From an uncultured Thermococci archaeon (GTDB lineage: Archaea > Methanobacteriota_B > Thermococci > Methanofastidiosales > B48-G16): a stretch of DNA of 64,000 nt. Below, in pieces: positions 31,099 through 41,249 of this stretch (the first letter of the stretch is position 1; every line of letters begins with the position of its first letter). The position numbers were made by a program, and so were the translations under genes. The stretch spans positions 36,619-100,618 of the forward strand of contig CAZQQT010000009.1 of assembly GCA_964595645.1 (NCBI GenBank). The letters are read 5' to 3'. The notes under the pieces were generated by a model. The model did not search any database. It was not told the origin of the DNA and saw only the letters and a program-made list of their open reading frames with translations.

Positions 31099-34000
31099 GT
31101 CTTAGGCTTCTTTGGAAGACCTCCAGGTCTCTTCCGTCTCTGTGGTTCTCTCTTCTCTTCTTCCTCTTCTTCAAAGGGTTTTTTTCTCCTTGGAATTTTT
31201 GGTGTTATTTTCTTTATTCTAAAGACGTAGAAAAGCACTATTCCAATCACTATTAAAGCCACTACTGCGTACTTCCACCGCCACATACCCGAAGGTTCTT
31301 CTCCTTCCTCTGTCATAGTGGCAGGTTCCTCAACAGTCTGACCTGCAACCACATCCTTTGTAAAGGATTTATCAATATAGTCTGCCTTCGTAAGTTTTAT
31401 CTGGTGGCTGCCCTCTTCGACGTCCTCGGCCAGTAGCACACCCTCTTCATCTGTTTTTCCTTTCATCTCATTGTCCACAAAGACATTCACATCGGGGATA
31501 GGGTTCCCCTCGTTGTCCTTCACAGTTACCTTCAAACTGCCAGTAGGAGATGGAGCTGGTGTTGTAGTCGGGGGACCAGTGGGTGAAAGAACGATGTTCT
31601 TTGAGACTGTTTTTCCATCGGCAACTTCAGCTTCTGCAGTGCCTTTTTGATATCCCTCAAGACTCGCTTCAATGGTATAGGTGCCACCTTGTAGCTGGAA
31701 TGATGCCTCACCATTCTCTGCAGTTTTCTCTGCTACTGTCTCACCGTTGGATATCACTGTGACGGTGGCGTTCACATTGTTTCCATCTTGATCCTGTACT
31801 ACAACATTAAGCACTCCTTTCTGCGCCTCTATCTGGAGTGTTTCCATATTATATCGTTCTTTAGCTTTGACAGAAAATACACTAGATTTAAAGTCTTTGT
31901 ACCCTTCTAGTTTTATCTCTATATAGTAACTACCTGGAGACACATTCTCAATAGTAAATCCTTTCTTGGTAGAAGATACACTGGTGACTAGTTCACCTTC
32001 CTGTGTATAGAGCTCTACTGTGGCTCCAACCAATACATTTCCAATCTCATTTGCAACGATACCGTAGATAGAACCTGATCTATTGATTGTAATTGGGTTC
32101 TTCTTGGGAGATGCAAGCGTCTGGCTGAGAACTACCTTTACCTTCTGATCCTCGTATCCTACAACTCCCACTTCGTACTCATGTCCTGTTTCTACCTCCA
32201 TCTTAAACTCTCCGCTCTCTTGATCGGGGCTGGCAGTTTTGTATGTTGATGTCTTTCCATCCTGGTACGCAACAACCTGGTACGGCACAGTGCCATCACC
32301 AAAATGAACTGTTCCTACAATAAGATCGTATCCTTTCTTATAGAGTCTTATCACCTTTTCCATATCCGAACCCATGGTAATAATCTCTGTATATCCGGCG
32401 CCCGTGCCATCGTCGTATCCTTCCTTTTCCACACGAACATTGTACGTCCCAGACTGGAGCGTGAACGATGTCTTCCCCTGTGCATCAGTTGTCTTTTCTG
32501 GTAGCTCCTCTATCTTCACCTTTGCCCCTTCAAGAGGTGAATCTGCAAATGCGTCTATCACAGTGAATGTGAGGCTGTACCGTGATTTTATAGTGGCAGT
32601 AAACGTTTGATCTCTTGACACATCGATACTGTCCGTATAAGTGGAAAATCCAGATTTCTCTACCTTTAGTGTATAGGTTCCGCTTTTTACTGCTGTAAAC
32701 ACGGCATTACCTTGGGAATTTGTCGTTTTGCTCATGGGGGAGCCAGTGGTGGGAGTCAGCGTGACCTCGGCATCCTCTATCATGTTATTGTTGGCATCCT
32801 TCACCGCAATAGTCACTTCGTTCTCTTCTGTGGAAGTGAGCGTGATCGGGATCGTGGTGTTCCCCGTGATATCGTACACATCGGTGTAGGTAGTGTACTC
32901 TTCCTTGCTCACGGTAAGATTATAAGTGCCGTCGGGAACGTTTTCGAACACTGCTCGTCCATTAGAGTTTGTCGTTGTAGAGTATTTCCCAAGCTCTACC
33001 GACGCATCGGCGATTTCATCTCCCGTCGAGGATTTTACGACGATAGTGACAGTGTTCTGACCAGGCACATTTATAATGACAATCATTGCCTCAGAAAATT
33101 CGCTTTCATTTCCTGCCTTGTCAACTGCTTTGACCCGCCAGAAATACGTATCGTTATCTAAACTTACTGTAGGAGTATAATACGATACGTAAAGATTTTC
33201 TTTGGTAGTTGCATCGGAGAATGTGTTCTCCGTGGCATACTGCATCGTATATTTCTCCACGCCAGAGCCTCCATCTGTAGCGGCTGGCCACTCAAACTTC
33301 GGAGTGTTGTCTTCGACTACGCCGCCATTCGGAGGCGACCATCCAGTCGTACCCGGACTCGCTATCTGGGGAGGTGTCTTATCTATAATAACTGACCAGA
33401 CATCGGACCACGCACTTTCTATATCCTTCGGGTTTCTGCATTTCACCCTCCATTCATACACTGCTTCTTCGAGTGCTGAGCCCACGGTAAAGCTCGTGTT
33501 CGTATTTCCAATAAGAGTTCTTTCTGCAGCATCCTCCCAAGTTTGTGTTGTTTTCTTATATTGGAGAGTGTACACAGAAGCATCTGAGACAGTTTGCCAG
33601 CTAAACGTGGGTGTAGTGTCCTGTATTGCCGAGCCATCGGTGGGAGAGAGTAGTACTGGCGTTTCCGGTGCTACTGCTCCGATTGTAAATTTATAGTAGC
33701 TTGAATAGGGACCTCCATCCGCAGCTACCTTCCAGTAGTATGTACCGTCCTCGAGATCTGAGGTCATTTCATAGGTGACCGTTGTCCCACCAGTGTTGAA
33801 TCCAGAGGATATCGTAAGCGTATCCGAGGGTGAGAAGGAAGAGGATGGTGATATCTTCAAAGTGTAGGAACTCGCATCCTCAATTTTTGTGAACTCGAAC
33901 GTTGGTCGCGAATCCGTTATCTCCACATTATCGGGTGGTGAGATAAGGTTCGGGATGTTTTTGTTAACTTCGAGCGTATAGTAATCCGAGTATCCTGTAG

Positions 34001-34991
34001 AGAGATCCGTTTTTATCCGCCAGTAGTACGTGCCATTGGAGAGACTTTCACTGAGTTGAAGTTCGTACTGTGTAGTAGTTACGGTTTTCTCGAGTGTGAT
34101 GGTTCCAAACGTAGACTCCTCTGATATCTGTATCGTATAGGTACTCGCATAGGGTACAGAACTCCACTTAAAAAGCGGTGTGGCGTCATTTGTTGTGGTG
34201 TTATTAGATGGTGATATAAGGTCGGGAACAGGGGATACCTCAAAACTCCGTATGGTAGATGAAAGACTTATATTTCCCGCATTATCCACTGCATACACTC
34301 GCCAGTAATACGTACCTTCTGTCAGCCCCTCACTCGCTTTTATAGTATATGAGGTACTGGTAAGGTTTGCCTTTGTTACCGTGCCTGTTCCAACAAAATC
34401 ATCATTCGGTGACCATTGTAGAGTATATCCTTTAATACCCGAGTCCCCATCCGACGCGGCGTTCCAATCAAGGGTGGGTCTAATATTATTTATTGTTGCA
34501 CCATTAGCGGGAGTGCTCAAAGTTGGGGCAGAGGGTTTCTGGGTATCGTACATAATGGAGAACTGTTTTGAGTCCGTAGCCCCTATAGAATCTGTTGTCA
34601 CGATTCTCATGATGGTTATCTGTCCGGAAGAGCTTAAATTACTTGCTTTTGCCCTTACTGTGATCGTAAGGGACTCTCCCACCTCTATTCTGTATCCTGC
34701 TGTATTTGGAGTTCCTGTCGCAGATAAATCATCATTTGCAATGTTAAAATTCCAGTTGGACGCAGAGATGGTATCATAAAGGAACTGTCTGTTGCTGTCA
34801 CCTGAGGTATTTTGGAACTGTATCTTGTTGATCGGGTCACCAGAAGTATTGTACACGACAATAGAGTAGTTCACGTATCCTGTCGTATTGATAGCTTCTG
34901 GATTTATCGTTATATTGCTTAGGTGGCTAGCATTAAGGATAGGAAGGGATGCAAAGAGTATAAAAACTAAGAAAAGAGCTTTTTTCTTCAT
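31095..34991 (-). CDS. Large cell-surface protein with Ig/FN3-like and carboxypeptidase-regulatory/PEGA-like repeats and a C-terminal TM anchor
   Basis: Signal peptide; repeated PxLxSP...PTFxW...GTYYWRV modules; repeated GxYxLxVxKxGY modules; PT linker, TM helix and charged tail. Confidence 0.85.
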   Translation of the reverse strand: MKKKALFLVFILFASLPILNASHLSNITINPEAINTTGYVNYSIVVYNTSGDPINKIQFQNTSGDSNRQFLYDTISASNWNFNIANDDLSATGTPNTAGYRIEVGESLTITVRAKASNLSSSGQITIMRIVTTDSIGATDSKQFSIMYDTQKPSAPTLSTPANGATINNIRPTLDWNAASDGDSGIKGYTLQWSPNDDFVGTGTVTKANLTSTSYTIKASEGLTEGTYYWRVYAVDNAGNISLSSTIRSFEVSPVPDLISPSNNTTTNDATPLFKWSSVPYASTYTIQISEESTFGTITLEKTVTTTQYELQLSESLSNGTYYWRIKTDLSTGYSDYYTLEVNKNIPNLISPPDNVEITDSRPTFEFTKIEDASSYTLKISPSSSFSPSDTLTISSGFNTGGTTVTYEMTSDLEDGTYYWKVAADGGPYSSYYKFTIGAVAPETPVLLSPTDGSAIQDTTPTFSWQTVSDASVYTLQYKKTTQTWEDAAERTLIGNTNTSFTVGSALEEAVYEWRVKCRNPKDIESAWSDVWSVIIDKTPPQIASPGTTGWSPPNGGVVEDNTPKFEWPAATDGGSGVEKYTMQYATENTFSDATTKENLYVSYYTPTVSLDNDTYFWRVKAVDKAGNESEFSEAMIVIINVPGQNTVTIVVKSSTGDEIADASVELGKYSTTTNSNGRAVFENVPDGTYNLTVSKEEYTTYTDVYDITGNTTIPITLTSTEENEVTIAVKDANNNMIEDAEVTLTPTTGSPMSKTTNSQGNAVFTAVKSGTYTLKVEKSGFSTYTDSIDVSRDQTFTATIKSRYSLTFTVIDAFADSPLEGAKVKIEELPEKTTDAQGKTSFTLQSGTYNVRVEKEGYDDGTGAGYTEIITMGSDMEKVIRLYKKGYDLIVGTVHFGDGTVPYQVVAYQDGKTSTYKTASPDQESGEFKMEVETGHEYEVGVVGYEDQKVKVVLSQTLASPKKNPITINRSGSIYGIVANEIGNVLVGATVELYTQEGELVTSVSSTKKGFTIENVSPGSYYIEIKLEGYKDFKSSVFSVKAKERYNMETLQIEAQKGVLNVVVQDQDGNNVNATVTVISNGETVAEKTAENGEASFQLQGGTYTIEASLEGYQKGTAEAEVADGKTVSKNIVLSPTGPPTTTPAPSPTGSLKVTVKDNEGNPIPDVNVFVDNEMKGKTDEEGVLLAEDVEEGSHQIKLTKADYIDKSFTKDVVAGQTVEEPATMTEEGEEPSGMWRWKYAVVALIVIGIVLFYVFRIKKITPKIPRRKKPFEEEEEEKREPQRRKRPGGLPKKPKT

Positions 34992-35128
34992 AACTCCTCA
35001 GCCTCCTCCATTCTCTCAATGATCTTCTCCAGGAACTCCTGCCAGTTCTTGGCATGGAGTTTACCTTTGAGTTCCACTGCTTTAAAGTATAACTCATCCG
35101 GAATATTTTTGAACGTGATGTTTTTCAT
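34988..35128 (-). CDS. 46-aa ribbon-helix-helix-like microprotein (absent from ORF track)
   Basis: MKNITFKNIPDELYFKAVELKVKLHAKNWQEFLEKIIERMEEAEEL*; AGGTGG RBS; stop overlaps the surface-protein ATG. Confidence 0.7.
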   Translation of the reverse strand: MKNITFKNIPDELYFKAVELKGKLHAKNWQEFLEKIIERMEEAEEL

Positions 35129-35180
35129 ATCATGCCACCTTTGCTTTAAATACTGTATATGATAATAACAATGTTTATCC

Positions 35181-35218
35181 TTTAAATAGTTTTCGGTCGT
35201 CAGTATTGATTATCAATA
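35181..35218 (-). promoter_or_regulatory. BRE/TATA with upstream 7-1-7 palindrome
   Basis: Minus strand cgaaaac-tatttaaa; TATTGAT-T-ATCAATA at 35204-35218. Confidence 0.5.
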
Positions 35219-35227
35219 ATAATTAGA

Positions 35228-35683
35228 CTAAGGTTCAAAACTCTGTATCACTATATGGGCCGATGTATCCTCAATACCCTCTATTGAGTTTATTTCATTG
35301 AGTGTTCTATCAAGCTTGGATTCATCCACACTTACAATTACGTCTACCTCCCCTGTAACTCGGAAGATCTTCACTGATTCTATCTTTTTTAAATGTTCAA
35401 ATACTTCCTTTCTGTAATTAGGTTTTATTTTAATAAAAATATATGATTTTCCACTGTAGCTTTCTAAAAAATTCACAGCGCCTTCTGTAAGATCAATAAA
35501 TTTTCTTCCTGTTCTAATAAAATCGAGCCTTTTAAGTTCCCTTAAATGATTGTTCAGCGCCTGCCTCGTGATTCCTAGCTCGTCTGATATCTCTTCTTGC
35601 GATTTTTTCACGGTGTGTACCCGTACTCTTTCACTCTCTTCATATAGCTTTTTCAGTATCTCCTGCTGCCTCTTCGTCAACAT
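35228..35683 (-). CDS. Lrp/AsnC-family transcription regulator
   Basis: HTH SQEEISDELGITRQALNNHLREL; C-terminal RAM domain FRVTGEVD. Confidence 0.88.
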   Translation of the reverse strand: MLTKRQQEILKKLYEESERVRVHTVKKSQEEISDELGITRQALNNHLRELKRLDFIRTGRKFIDLTEGAVNFLESYSGKSYIFIKIKPNYRKEVFEHLKKIESVKIFRVTGEVDVIVSVDESKLDRTLNEINSIEGIEDTSAHIVIQSFEP

Positions 35684-36028
35684 AGTTCCACCTTTATCTT
35701 TATAATGTAAAGATATAGACATTCCTCTTTTTAAATCTTTTGGTTTATCGGTTTAAAAACTTGAAGAATGACAATCCAAAATTTTTCATTTTTATTTTTC
35801 TTACAGCGTTTTATTTCGCTTAAATTTTCTTCTATGGAGAAATATATATAATTCAATCCTTAATTATCGTCTTTTTTCTCTCATCATCGATTACTAAGCA
35901 GGATTTCCCCATGTAGATCATTCCCCAAAGAAAGCTAAGAGAACGTGATGCTACTCCAAAAACTTTTAAGATCGTAAAGTTTTTATACTAGGTACGAGGA
36001 AAAAGATACATCACTTCAAAAAGAAGGG

Positions 36029-36331
36029 ATGTTCATGGGGCATAGCTCTCAAAAATATATAGGAAAAGGGTTGAATCAGAAAACAAAGAAATCGTCAAAG
36101 GGCAAGATTTATCTGATTGAAGATAGATGTAAGGGATGCAATCTCTGTATAGAGTTCTGTCCGAAAGAAGTACTAGTGGAATCGGAAAAATTCAATGAAA
36201 AGGGCTACCATCCACCAGAATTAGAGGAAATCCCTGGTGAAAAAGAATGTGTGGGTTGCGGCTACTGTTCTCTTGTCTGTCCGGAGTTTGCTATATTTTG
36301 TGAAGTAGAAAATGAGGAGGAAGATAAATGA
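36029..36331 (+). CDS. korD: 2-oxoacid:ferredoxin oxidoreductase delta subunit (2x[4Fe-4S])
   Basis: CKGCNLCIEFCP, NEKGYHPP, CVGCGYCSLVCPEFAI. Confidence 0.9.
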   Translation: MFMGHSSQKYIGKGLNQKTKKSSKGKIYLIEDRCKGCNLCIEFCPKEVLVESEKFNEKGYHPPELEEIPGEKECVGCGYCSLVCPEFAIFCEVENEEEDK

Positions 36332-37473
36332 AGGGAGTACTTACTGGAACCTATTTTTTGACTGGAAATGACGCCGTTGCAGAAGGAGCAATCAGTGCAG
36401 GATGCAGATTTTTCGCAGGTTATCCAATTACACCCTCAACAGAGATAGCAGAAAGAATTTCAAGGAGATTTCCACAAGTAGAAGGCTCTTATATCCAAAT
36501 GGAGGATGAATTATCATCTATGGCTGCAATACTCGGAGCCTCCTGGGCAGGTGTAAAGAGTATGACTGCCACTAGCGGTCCGGGCTTCAGCCTTATGCAG
36601 GAAAATATTGGGCTCGGTGTAATGCTGGAAACACCCGTTGTTGTGGTGAACGTCCAACGAGGCTCACCCTCCACAGGACTACCCACACTCGTGGGGCAAG
36701 GTGAAGTAATGCAGAGTAAATGGGGGTCTCATGGAGATTACGAGGTGATCGCACTCTCCCCCAACTCACCGCAAGAATGTTTTGATTTAATGATTGAAGC
36801 ATTCAATTATTCAGAAAAATACCGCGTTCCTACATTTTTACTGATGGATGAGTGTGTATCGCATATGTCCGAAAAGGTAGTCATTCCTGAAGAAGAGGAT
36901 ATTAAAGTAATCAATAGAAAAAAACCAAACGTTTCACCAGAGGACTATACGCCGTTCAAACCTGATGACGATCTGATACCTCCTATGGCAGTGGCGGGAG
37001 AGGGATATAAGATCCACGCCACTGGACTGACCCACGACGAGAGGGGATATCCACTTATTGAAGCGGAATGTCAGGAGACTCTAGTAAGGCGCTTGTGCGA
37101 TAAGATCAGAAATCATAAAGATGATATTATTACCCTAAACGAGTACCATGTAGATGATGCCGACGTTGTTGTGGTCTCATTCGGTACAGTCTCGCGAAGT
37201 GCAAAGATGGCGGTTGATCTGGCCCGTGAACAAGGGATAAAGGCGGGCCTTTTGCGCTTGATTACAGTATGGCCTTTCCCAGAGAAGCGGATAAGAGAGA
37301 TGGCAGATACACTCGATGGGTTTGTTGTGGTAGAAATTAACTATGGCCAAGTAACATTAGAGGTGGAACGATCTGCGAAGGGAGCGACTGAAGTACTTCA
37401 TCTACCGTTAATGGGGGGAAGAATCCATACACCAGAAGAAATTCTCAAAGGAATAAAAGAGGTGAGCAAATGA
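36328..37473 (+). CDS. korA: 2-oxoglutarate:ferredoxin oxidoreductase alpha subunit
   Basis: AGYPITPSTE, QMEDE, ATSGPGFSLMQE, QRGSPSTGLPT; substrate inferred from sucCD context. Confidence 0.9.
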   Translation: MKGVLTGTYFLTGNDAVAEGAISAGCRFFAGYPITPSTEIAERISRRFPQVEGSYIQMEDELSSMAAILGASWAGVKSMTATSGPGFSLMQENIGLGVMLETPVVVVNVQRGSPSTGLPTLVGQGEVMQSKWGSHGDYEVIALSPNSPQECFDLMIEAFNYSEKYRVPTFLLMDECVSHMSEKVVIPEEEDIKVINRKKPNVSPEDYTPFKPDDDLIPPMAVAGEGYKIHATGLTHDERGYPLIEAECQETLVRRLCDKIRNHKDDIITLNEYHVDDADVVVVSFGTVSRSAKMAVDLAREQGIKAGLLRLITVWPFPEKRIREMADTLDGFVVVEINYGQVTLEVERSAKGATEVLHLPLMGGRIHTPEEILKGIKEVSK

Positions 37474-38333
37474 CACGAGAACGTGAAGACAGATGTGTGT
37501 ATATGGCTGAATCGCACCCATTGGATAAGTATCTGCGAAAGGAACGACTCCCACATATCTGGTGCAGTGGATGCGGCTGTGGAGATATTCTCACAGCCTA
37601 CGCGGAGGCAATAAAAGAGCTTGAAATGGATCCGGATAAAGTAGGCGTGGTCTCCGGTATTGGATGTATTGGAAGAGCAGCTGGATACCTCAACTTCGAT
37701 TCATTTCACACCACCCATGGAAGGGCAATCCCCTTTGCTACTGGGCTAAAGATTGCGAATCCAGAGCTTGACGTGGCAGTAATCAGCGGAGACGGTGATC
37801 TGGCAGCCATTGGTGGTAATCACCTAATTCATGCAGCGAGGCGTAATATGGACATTTTGGTCCTCTGCTCAAACAACTACACCTACGGTATGACCGGGGG
37901 ACAGTTTTCTCCTACTACACCTATGGAGTCGTTCACCACAACGACGCCCTACGGAAACTTTGAACGCCCCTTTAACCTTGTCAATCTTGCCGCTTCCTCT
38001 GGTGCTCCCTACGTAGCCCGATGGACTTCTCTCCACGTACGACGCCTCAAAAAATCTATAAAGGAAGCCCTACAGAAAAAGGGATTCAGATTCATTGAGA
38101 TACTGACGCCGTGTCCCGTAGGATTCGGAAGAAAAAATAAGATGGGAACGGCAATCGATACCGCGAAGTTCTATCAGAAACACTCAATCATAAAGAATGG
38201 TGCAGATCCGCGAGAGGTGGGTCTTGAAGATCCTACTGGGAAATTTATTATTGGGAAATTCGTGGATGATGAAGAGAAAGAGACATTCCTAGAAGCTAAA
38301 TCCAGGATGTACTCCCAGGTGGTGGAAGAATGA
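37470..38333 (+). CDS. korB: 2-oxoglutarate:ferredoxin oxidoreductase beta subunit
   Basis: PHIWCSGCG, SGIGC, HTTHGRA, TPP motif GDGD...NN, YGMTGGQ. Confidence 0.9.
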   Translation: MTREREDRCVYMAESHPLDKYLRKERLPHIWCSGCGCGDILTAYAEAIKELEMDPDKVGVVSGIGCIGRAAGYLNFDSFHTTHGRAIPFATGLKIANPELDVAVISGDGDLAAIGGNHLIHAARRNMDILVLCSNNYTYGMTGGQFSPTTPMESFTTTTPYGNFERPFNLVNLAASSGAPYVARWTSLHVRRLKKSIKEALQKKGFRFIEILTPCPVGFGRKNKMGTAIDTAKFYQKHSIIKNGADPREVGLEDPTGKFIIGKFVDDEEKETFLEAKSRMYSQVVEE

Positions 38334-38869
38334 GACAGGAAATACGAATCGCTGGATACGGTGGCCAGGGAATCATACTCGCAACTGTAATTGCAGGAAA
38401 GGCCGCTGCAATCTACGAAGGAAAGGAAGCCACTGTAATGGAGAACTACGGACCTGAAGCACGTGGAGGTGCGTGTTCCGGCACTGCCGTGATCGAGGAT
38501 AATGAAGTTGATTACCCATACCTTATGGCCCCTGATGTCATGGTCATTATGTCCCAAAAGTCGTACGATAAGTTCCGACCTGAGTTAAAAAAGGATGGAC
38601 TTCTCATTATTGACGAAGACCTCGTCACACCCAGTGAGGACGAGGATGCAGAGATATACAGAATACCTGCAACACGGTTTGCAGAAGAGCTTGGAAACAA
38701 GATCGTTGCCAACATCATCATGCTCGGATCCCTCACTGCGATTACAGAGTATGTAAATTACGATGCAATGAAATCGGCGATACTAAACACCGTCAAACCA
38801 AAGTTCAAAGAGATCAACAAAAAAGCCTATATCCGTGGATACGAGTACGGGAAGGAGATGAAGAAGTAG
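38330..38869 (+). CDS. korC: 2-oxoacid:ferredoxin oxidoreductase gamma subunit
   Basis: IRIAGYGGQG, YGPEARGG, ANIIMLG. Confidence 0.9.
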   Translation: MRQEIRIAGYGGQGIILATVIAGKAAAIYEGKEATVMENYGPEARGGACSGTAVIEDNEVDYPYLMAPDVMVIMSQKSYDKFRPELKKDGLLIIDEDLVTPSEDEDAEIYRIPATRFAEELGNKIVANIIMLGSLTAITEYVNYDAMKSAILNTVKPKFKEINKKAYIRGYEYGKEMKK

Positions 38870-38880
38870 GGTGATACCCG

Positions 38881-40827
38881 ATGAAAAAAAAGAATGGTGT
38901 CTTCGTTTGCAAGTGCGGTGTAAACATTGCCGGTACTGTTGATGTCGACAAAGTTATTGAAGAAATCTCTAAGTATCCTACGGTGGAACACTGTGAAACG
39001 TACGATTATATGTGCTCTGAACCCGGACAAAAGAAAATTGAAGAAGCGATTAAAGAAAAGGGATTAACAGGCGTGATAGTGGCAGCTTGTTCTCCTTCTA
39101 TGCACGAGGAAACGTTCAGAAACGTCACCGAGGATGCAGATTTGAACCCTTACCTCTGCGAAATCTCAAATATCAGAGAGCAGTGTAGTTGGGTTCATGA
39201 AGATAAAGACAAAGCTACTGAAAAAGCAATACGCATTATAAAAGGCACTATCGAAAAAGTGAACAAGAATGAAGAACTTCATCCCATAAAAGTGCCTGTA
39301 ACAAAAAGATGTCTCGTGATCGGTGCGGGAATCAGCGGGATCCAAGCTGCATTGGATGTGGCAAATAACGGATACGAGGTGTATCTCATAGAGAAAAGCC
39401 CGTCCATCGGCGGTCATATGGCACAGTTATCGGAAACATTTCCCACTCTCGACTGTTCCCAGTGTATTCTCACGCCTAAAATGGTTGAAGTCTCACGACA
39501 TCCCAATATTCATCTTTTAACATACAGTGAGGTCACGGACGTATCAGGATACGTTGGTAATTTCCACGTGAAAATACAGAAAAAACCGAGATACGTGACA
39601 GATGACTGTAACCTCTGTGGGGACTGTGTTGATGTATGTCCGCAGATTACTGTAGACGAGTTTGACCGAGGTCTAACATTGAGGAAAGCCATTTACATTC
39701 CTTTTCCTCAGGCAGTACCTGCCAAGTACGTACTCGATACCGATGCATGTTTAGGAATTAATCCGCTACGATGTGATAAATGTCAGGAGGCCTGTGATGT
39801 CGACGCGATCGATTTCGATATGCAGCCCGAAACGCTTGAAGTAGATGTCGGATCGATCATTATGGCCACGGGTTACGATCTCTATCCTATCGAAGAGATA
39901 CCCGAGTATGGGTATGGAAAGTATCAAGATGTCATTGATGGCCTCCAATTTGAACGGCTGCTCTCCCCTTCCGGCCCCACAAGGGGCGAAGTACGACGAC
40001 CTTCCGACGGAAAGGTTCCGAAAAAAGTTGTATTCATTCAGTGCGTTGGTTCACGGGATCCTGAGTGCCATCTTCCCTACTGCTCCAAGATTTGCTGTAT
40101 GTACACAGGGAAACATGCGATGCTATACAAACATAACGTCCCCGATGGAGAGGCGTATGTGTTTTACATGGACATCCGTGCCGCTGGAAAAGATTACGAA
40201 GAATTTATTCAGCGTGCCACAGATGAGGACCGCGTTATGTATATCCGGGGCAGAGTCTCCAAAATATTTAGAGAAGGAGATACAATAAAGGTCTGGGGTT
40301 CCGATACACTTTCTGGGAAAAAGATCGAAATCGACGCTGATCTTGTAGTGCTCGCCACTGCTATTGTTCCGCGGGAAGAAACACTAGAACTCGCGAAAAA
40401 GCTCAGAATATCACTCGGACCAAACAACTTCTTAAAAGAGGCTCATCCAAAGTTAAAACCTGTAGAGACACTATCTGCCGGTGTCTTCCTCGGAGGAGCT
40501 GCACAGGCGCCCAAAGATATTCCCGACTCTGTTGCTCAAGGGGGTGGTGCGGGGAGCAAGGCAGCAGGAATCCTCTCGTCGGATGAATTGAGTCACGATC
40601 CAACTGTTATCGAAGTAGACGAAAACAAATGCAATGGATGCGGTATATGTGTCAACGTCTGTCCCTACGAAGCCCTTGAACTCAACGAAGAGAAGGGTGT
40701 CGTTGAGGTAAATGAAGTGTTATGTGAAGGATGTGGTACCTGCTCTGCAGCCTGTCCCTCTGGAGCTACACAGCTAAGAAACCTTACCGATGCCCAGATT
40801 GCAAAGATACTAAAGGTGATGATGTGA
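38881..40827 (+). CDS. hdrA: Heterodisulfide reductase subunit A (bifurcating flavoprotein)
   Basis: GVFVCKCG.NI, AACSP, NIREQCSWVH, IGAGISG, TFPTLDC, QCVGSR, YCSKICCMY, FLKEAHPKL, C-terminal ferredoxin. Confidence 0.97.
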   Translation: MKKKNGVFVCKCGVNIAGTVDVDKVIEEISKYPTVEHCETYDYMCSEPGQKKIEEAIKEKGLTGVIVAACSPSMHEETFRNVTEDADLNPYLCEISNIREQCSWVHEDKDKATEKAIRIIKGTIEKVNKNEELHPIKVPVTKRCLVIGAGISGIQAALDVANNGYEVYLIEKSPSIGGHMAQLSETFPTLDCSQCILTPKMVEVSRHPNIHLLTYSEVTDVSGYVGNFHVKIQKKPRYVTDDCNLCGDCVDVCPQITVDEFDRGLTLRKAIYIPFPQAVPAKYVLDTDACLGINPLRCDKCQEACDVDAIDFDMQPETLEVDVGSIIMATGYDLYPIEEIPEYGYGKYQDVIDGLQFERLLSPSGPTRGEVRRPSDGKVPKKVVFIQCVGSRDPECHLPYCSKICCMYTGKHAMLYKHNVPDGEAYVFYMDIRAAGKDYEEFIQRATDEDRVMYIRGRVSKIFREGDTIKVWGSDTLSGKKIEIDADLVVLATAIVPREETLELAKKLRISLGPNNFLKEAHPKLKPVETLSAGVFLGGAAQAPKDIPDSVAQGGGAGSKAAGILSSDELSHDPTVIEVDENKCNGCGICVNVCPYEALELNEEKGVVEVNEVLCEGCGTCSAACPSGATQLRNLTDAQIAKILKVMM

Positions 40828-41249
40828 GTTTTGAACCGAAAATCGTTGCATTCCTCTGTAAATGGTGTTCCTATGCCGGTGCGGATCTGGCCGGTGTGAG
40901 CAGAATGAAGTACAGTCCCAACGTGATACCAATCCGTGTGAACTGCTCAGGCAATGTCAATCCCTTATTTGTACTGAAGGCATTTAAAGAAGGCGCAGAC
41001 GGCGTGCTCATCTCTGGATGTCATCCGGGAGAGTGCCATTATGTGAAAGGAAATATGTTTGCCCGGCGTCGGATGGTCGTGCTCAAAAACTTACTGGAAT
41101 ACATTGGTATCCATCCGGATCGACTGCATATGTCCTGGGTATCCGCATCAGAGGGTTCGAAGTTCGTGGATGTAATCGAAGAAGTCACAAAAAGTGTCAG
41201 AGAACTAGGACCGCAAGAGAAACTCACGAAGGTGGGATTTGATGAGTGA
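40824..41249 (+). CDS. mvhD: MvhD/FlxD [2Fe-2S] subunit
   Basis: FEPKIVAFLCKWCSYAGAD, GADGVLISGCHPGECHY, WVSASEG; GTG start overlaps the hdrA stop. Confidence 0.93.
   Translation: MSFEPKIVAFLCKWCSYAGADLAGVSRMKYSPNVIPIRVNCSGNVNPLFVLKAFKEGADGVLISGCHPGECHYVKGNMFARRRMVVLKNLLEYIGIHPDRLHMSWVSASEGSKFVDVIEEVTKSVRELGPQEKLTKVGFDE

Noticed and set aside
38881-41249. Selenocysteine recoding in HdrA/MvhD
   Set aside because: Both ORFs are uninterrupted, with Cys at the relevant motifs (TLDC, CKWC, GECHY)
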